DNA of 56,106 nucleotides, counting the filler, from Dugesia japonica (taxonomy: Eukaryota), in NCBI GenBank assembly GCA_001938525.1. It is 5 parts of 5 records of this genome, joined end to end, with 100 filler letters (N's around TTAATTAATTAA, not from the genome) between each part and the next. Parts side by side here need not be neighbours in the genome. Positions count along the whole stretch, not along the records: positions 47,787 to 56,106 come from MQRL01365233.1; 4 more parts are not named here. One strand, 5' to 3'. Every line of letters starts with the position of its first letter. Within the stretch, counting starts at the first letter, position 1. The notes beneath the pieces were generated by a model. It searched no databases, was not told the origin of the DNA, and saw nothing but the letters and a program-made list of their open reading frames with translations. Shown here in pieces: positions 51,201 through 56,106 of the stretch. The translations under genes and the position numbers were made by a program.

Positions 51201-54200
51201 TTTCAGAAAAAAATATTAAGGCAATTGAAAATTCATAACGTTTGTAAAGAATTTTTAATAACATATTGATCTGATTTTTTTTTCATTCTATATGCGTACT
51301 TATCCGGAATGAGCAAAATTTTTTATGCGTACTTGTCCGGGAGATTAATGTATATAAAACAAAACCATACGAAATTGACGTAAAATTTTTTAATTTATTA
51401 AGCCCAAACTTTTATTTATTCTATTTAGTCGAGTGTAGGGCAAAAAGCCGTTGGACAAAATGTTCCCAAGTGCAAAACTAAAACAAAAAGTCATCGGAGT
51501 TGAATATTTCGTAAATATTTCAATCCTGTTATAAAAATATTCAATTCTGGGAACGTTTTGTCCGGTTATTGTTTAGCCATGTCTGCTTTATTTTAAAGAA
51601 AATACTTTTGCTATTTAGAATTATATCACAATTTTAGTAGTACAAAATTTTCGGTTACACGTCAAAACTGCGCGACTAAAACAGTGCAATGAAATAATGG
51701 CGCAAGAAATAAAATAATATAAAAACAATAAAATAATTTAGTAATTAATAAATTATAATAATGAAAACATTTAATTTATTTATTTAAATACTAAAATTTA
51801 AACATTTAACAGAAAATTGCACACAATAATGAACGTTCACCCTATTCACCAACAATTTTAATAAGACGTTTCTCCGTATCCCTATACTTTTCACTTTGTT
51901 CCAGAAGATCATTCACTGCTAAAAATTGGTTGAGTTTAAAATCATAAAGATTTTGTTCATATTTTATCTTATTGATAAATTTCCATATAGTTGAATGATA
52001 AGCACCAAGTAAAGGACTAAAACTAAGATACCACCCTTTTATAGCATTGTTTATTTTGGGAAGTCCATCCAAAAAAGCATAAAAGCAGTTTCATAAACTA
52101 ATGAAGTATAATGGTTGTCTATGTCTACTTTTTCTATGAGAACGAACAATTAATGTATCTTCGAAATAATCAAGTAGAGGTTGAAGAACAGTTAATTTCT
52201 GTATATAAAATGCACTGTCACAAGTTTGTGAAATAATATATAAATACGAATAATCACATCTGCAATTGGGAAAAAAGCTAATGATGGTAACATACGGACA
52301 TCAAGAGTAAACTCAGAATCGTTTATGTATCGCCGATGTAAATCATGTGATTCTTAAATGGCTCACCAAATACACTGGCTTAAATGAAAAGAAAAAGCAC
52401 GTTGAGATAAATTAGGAAAAGCTCAAAAATGTTCAAAATCAATCATTATTGTAATTGGTTTTAGAGACGGTTCCAAAATTTTTTAAGCTTCCAACACCCA
52501 CTGATAGGAAATGTGAATTTTATCAGGTATTAAAGCAAAAACTGATGGAATAACATTGTGATAGTTTATTCCATGAATATTATATAGCTGTTAGAATAGA
52601 GGTGGACTACTTAAGAGGTGCTACTTTAAATGTACCATCTGCATACCAGTGATCATTACGAGCTAGAAGCTGAAGATGCCTCCTTGTAGAAAATATTAAT
52701 ATTCGATCATTAGAAGGTCCGTTATCGAAAAGAAGGAAATCTTCGTTTGATGTTTTGGTGAATTCTTCAGAGATAATTAAATCTCGTAAGTTTGTTCGCG
52801 CACGACTATTGTGTTGTACACTTAATTCCTGATATTGATGGCAATACATCAGCTGTTGCTTACGATATGCCAGTTTTATATTCGCAAAAATTCCTTTGAC
52901 TTGTCGCTTTATTTTTAATGGCTTTTACTTCTGCGCCACTACGATGAAACTACTGTGAACTAGTAAATCATGACAACGTAAAGAGAAATGGTTTGCATTT
53001 TGGCAAAAAGAATACTGGTGAAGAAACTTTCAATGAATTATATGCGGATGTTCATTTGGGGGGTGTTCATTTTTAAATATTTTCATGGTTTTCGGACCCT
53101 TTGAAAATCTAAAATTTAAATGAACCGAAATTAAATTAAATTTTCTCCCGTATTTTAAGTGAAATTCAAACAAATAGTCTCTGATTTTAGACTAGACCAG
53201 AGTAATCACAATAAAATACACTATCCGCGAACAGAACTACCATCCGGTGAATGAACAAATTCTTAAAATTTGTGTTTAGTTAAGCAAGATATATCGGGAT
53301 AGCCAATTTACGAATGTACTGCAAAGTCATTGGCGAAATATCTCTGGAAAGTAATTGCCTCATGGTCCCAACGAAACTGCTTTTGAGATAGTCATTAGGA
53401 CCGCGGACACAAATTTGAGAACCACTACTATACAGTTTATCATACTAAATATAAATATTAAAGTTACATAACAGATATTGATCTTAATTCATTATGTATG
53501 CATAAAGTTTATTGAATTTTTTTCAGAGTTTTACTTCCATATTCAATTAGGAAATAATAGCCGGTGACATGAGATAGCCTCTGTGTAAAATCAACGATCA
53601 ACAATTTGTTAATGAAGCATTGAATTATTATCCGGAATGCTTCCATCCCCAAACATTCCGAATAACAGGGATTTCACTGTATTAAGAAATTAATCAACTA
53701 TTAATTAATTAATCTCTCACAAATTGCGATTTTTTAAGTTAAAGTTTTTTTAATTACAAATGTTAATTCTGTTAAAAGAAATTGTCAATATTGAAATAAA
53801 TATTACCATAAAGATGTATCGTGATAGGAAATTAGAAAATTATTAAAACTATGCATAGTTTTTTCTGTAAATGCTTTGATTGCCCACTGATTAGAAGTAT
53901 AAACTGTTCCGCCGTAAGAATGATCATATGATCCTGTCATCATCGAAGCTAGCAATAAAGGAATACTATCTTGATGTGACCATCCGGGTCCCTCAAAAGC
54001 TACTATAATATGAGCAAGAGGAAGATCGTCATCACGATGTCTTAAGTCTGATCCCGTATACCTGTATGGTAACTTTTGATCAATTCCATTTTCATAATTA
54101 CAAGAAACATTTCCAAAATATTTATTGGCAAGATTATGAAGATTATTATGATCAATATCTAAAGAATAATTTAATTATAATTTAATTTAAATTTGCCATT

Positions 54201-55036
54201 ACCCCCAGTTGCTGCAAGAACCATACGTGGAGCTTTAAAAAAATTTGAAGTAAAATTACATAAATCTTTTGCAGTTATTTTCTTGACAATTTCTTCAGTG
54301 CCTAAAATACTACGACCCAATGGAGTGCCTTGATAAGCGGTAGCGTGGATATAATCAAAAACTACTTCACGAGGATTATTTCCAACAGCCTTAAACTCTA
54401 TTATAAAAGACAGTAAAACTTGAGTTAGATTACTTCCATTTCCTTAAGAATATTTTCTTTAGATCTTTCAACTAGATTATCATCATATTTATTAGTAGCG
54501 ACAATCTCACCCAATAAACTCACAGCTAAACTTTAATTAATTTAATATTTTTTTTAACAATCAACCCCATTCTATATCTTTTTTGTGGCAATTGGCATAG
54601 AGAGCAATCATTTCTCTAGATGTATAAGCATTCCACGAAGCATTTCTTTCTAAAGTTTCCATTTGGATTGTTTTATGATCTCTACTATTGGTACCCTTAA
54701 AATACATATGTTCGAGAAAGTGAGCAACACCATTATTTTTATCAGTTTCACAGCGCGACCCTATATCCATCCACAAACCAACCTAGTTTTAATAAATTTT
54801 GAAAATGATGATATAAAATTACGGTGCAAATTTCAGAACGCCAATTTTCTGATATAACTCGAAAATCATTGTTTAACTTGGAAACTTCAGCCTCTGGTAA
54901 TTCATTTTGCAGAAAACGAGGACTATAATCGACTGCCTTATGAAATGACCGAGCCTAGCAATTCACTAAATATATGTTTAATCTAATAAAAACTTACCAA
55001 TAATCTATAATCCCATTTACAGTGTAGTCGAAACAT
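48213..55036 (-). CDS. PMPCB: Mitochondrial processing peptidase beta / complex III core 1 family (M16B), ~466 aa; exons 54998-55036, 54823-54954, 54566-54782, 54434-54525, 54203-54389, 53807-54158, 48442-~48682, 48326-48401, 48213-48277
   Basis: NNGVAHFLEHMYFKGT (HxxEH), NAYTSRE, ILKEME, EVVFDYIHATAYQGTPLGRSILG, APRMVLA, YDKCP..GPIEGLLDY; visible introns are GT-AG and in phase; exon 7 start lies in the N gap. Confidence 0.93.
49156..49500 (-). mobile_element. Tc1-like transposase N-terminal HTH remnant (intronic)
   Basis: DIRDKIISKYKLRKSYIDISTDLQVKYETEKSAINTF paired-like HTH pattern. Confidence 0.5.
49525..49840. repeat. Head-to-head palindrome of Penelope-like repeat (subfamily B), one hammerhead-like motif per arm
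   Basis: ~125-bp arms around spacer TTTGCGTT (49648-49655); motifs at ~49579-49612 (-) and 49691-49724 (+). Confidence 0.85.
50568..51350 (+). mobile_element. pogo/Tigger-like element, internally deleted
   Basis: TA-flanked TIRs CAGTAATCTTCCGGTTAAGTAAGCA / TGCGTACTTGTCCGGGAGATTAATG; DPENIYDMDEKRLF..KERILLVVCAN..KSKSP. Confidence 0.85.
50705..50738 (+). ncRNA. Minimal type I hammerhead ribozyme-like motif (best preserved copy)
   Basis: GTTC-CTGAAGA-A-GAC(TATT)GTC-GAA-AATT-T-GAAT: intact core, stem II, palindromic helix III, stem I. Confidence 0.65.
51436..52950 (-). mobile_element. Decayed MULE (Mutator-like) transposase
   Basis: RILIFST..WYADGTFKVAP, QLYIIHG, PSVFALIPDK, TIMIDFE, PKINNAIKGWY..HSTIWKFI. 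Confidence 0.88.
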
Positions 55037-55699
55037 CAAATACAGTTAAAATCTAAAAACTAGAAATTTATTTAATATTTCTGAAAAATTGAAATTATCA
55101 ATAGATTTATTTATTTATTTATTTATTTAATACAGTTAAACCACTAGTAATTTAGTTCATTTAGTCGATATAAAAATATTCTTTTAAATTGCTTTCGTAC
55201 AAAATGTTACTCTTATTTCTAGTTTGCTATGAATTTTGAAAATTAGATTACGTATAACATCAAATATGTATAAAAAATACTGATATTATTTTAATTATAT
55301 AATCATTAAATATTTAGTTATTAAACTTCTATTAAATTGAATTTTCTAATATGAATATAGAAGTGTATAAAAATATTTTAACAATTCCATAATTGGTCCT
55401 TTAAACATATAATTTTTCGTCAACTTTAAATTTTTATAATGAAGAATTGAAAATTTCTCATGGTATTTAAAAATAGTGTAAAACAAGTTTATTTTTTATG
55501 ATAATGTTCCAAATAAATATCAGTAGTTATATAATTGATTTTGATGTAAATTGAAATGTTTAAATTAGTCAAACAAAACCATGTCTACATCTTTCGTATA
55601 TTCAGTAAGTAATAGTTTCTCATTTTTTTCTAAATCATCATTTAACTGTTCAAAATTCTGAAGAAATAAGTATTTTTTACATACAATATTGTAAGTAAG

Positions 55700-56106
55700 A
55701 AGAAAATCAGTGGTTAAAAATTCAAATTAGAAAATCGTAGCTTGACCAAGAAAGGAGTTACAAGGATTTTAAGATTATTCAATTAGATCCCAGCAAGTTT
55801 GGAATTTCAAAATTTTGGCCAATGAAAAGAACTCAGGTGACGATCTAGCCAATAAGAACGTTAGAAGAATTGTACGATGCCCAGAAGCCAATAGAAATAA
55901 TGGTGGAGTAAAGAAAAACTGGTATTAATACAGTTTCAATTCCAGAAGAAAATCAATCAAGTTTTGAATCGAAATTTATTAGCAAAATTGAATAAAAGGT
56001 AATTACCGGTTTTAAAATTTGTGTTTTGCAACGATTTCCAACTCCAAAACCTATGAAAAATGAACGATAGATAAATCAATTCCAATGGGTTGCCAAAGAG
56101 ATTTCT
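55700..56106 (+). mobile_element. Possible gag-like remnant at window end
   Basis: Purine-rich broken coding-like frames (PIRTLEELYDAQKPIE); no diagnostic motif. Confidence 0.25.

Noticed and set aside
1-56106. Species assignment (for example a flatworm)
   Set aside because: AT content, AAT repeats and tiny introns are compatible with it but not diagnostic without a search.

Overview
This is very AT-rich animal (invertebrate-like) nuclear DNA with 40-49 bp spliceosomal introns. The window is not contiguous: four 100-bp artificial linkers (44 N + TTAATTAATTAA + 44 N) join five contigs (1-14369, 14470-26054, ~26155-35015, 35116-47686, 47787-56106). Host genes read by hand are one exon of a FAM102/EEIG1 NT-C2 gene, five exons of a WDR62/MAPKBP1 gene, and a nearly complete 9-exon mitochondrial processing peptidase beta gene. 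Most of the rest is decayed mobile DNA: Ty3/Gypsy fragments, Tc1/mariner, pogo, MULE, hAT and piggyBac-type MITEs, an RLE-type non-LTR element and Polinton/Maverick (adintovirus-like) remnants. The first highlight is contig 3, which looks like the 3' part of a complex Gypsy-type element. It runs from RT to an env-like membrane polyprotein, then accessory ORFs, then an intron-containing RNF10/Mag2-like RING E3 gene with a SIM-like motif, then a PPT and LTR start. The second is a dispersed repeat family carrying a minimal Penelope-type hammerhead ribozyme motif, with compensatory changes between two subfamilies. All family assignments come from motif recognition by eye; no database search was run.
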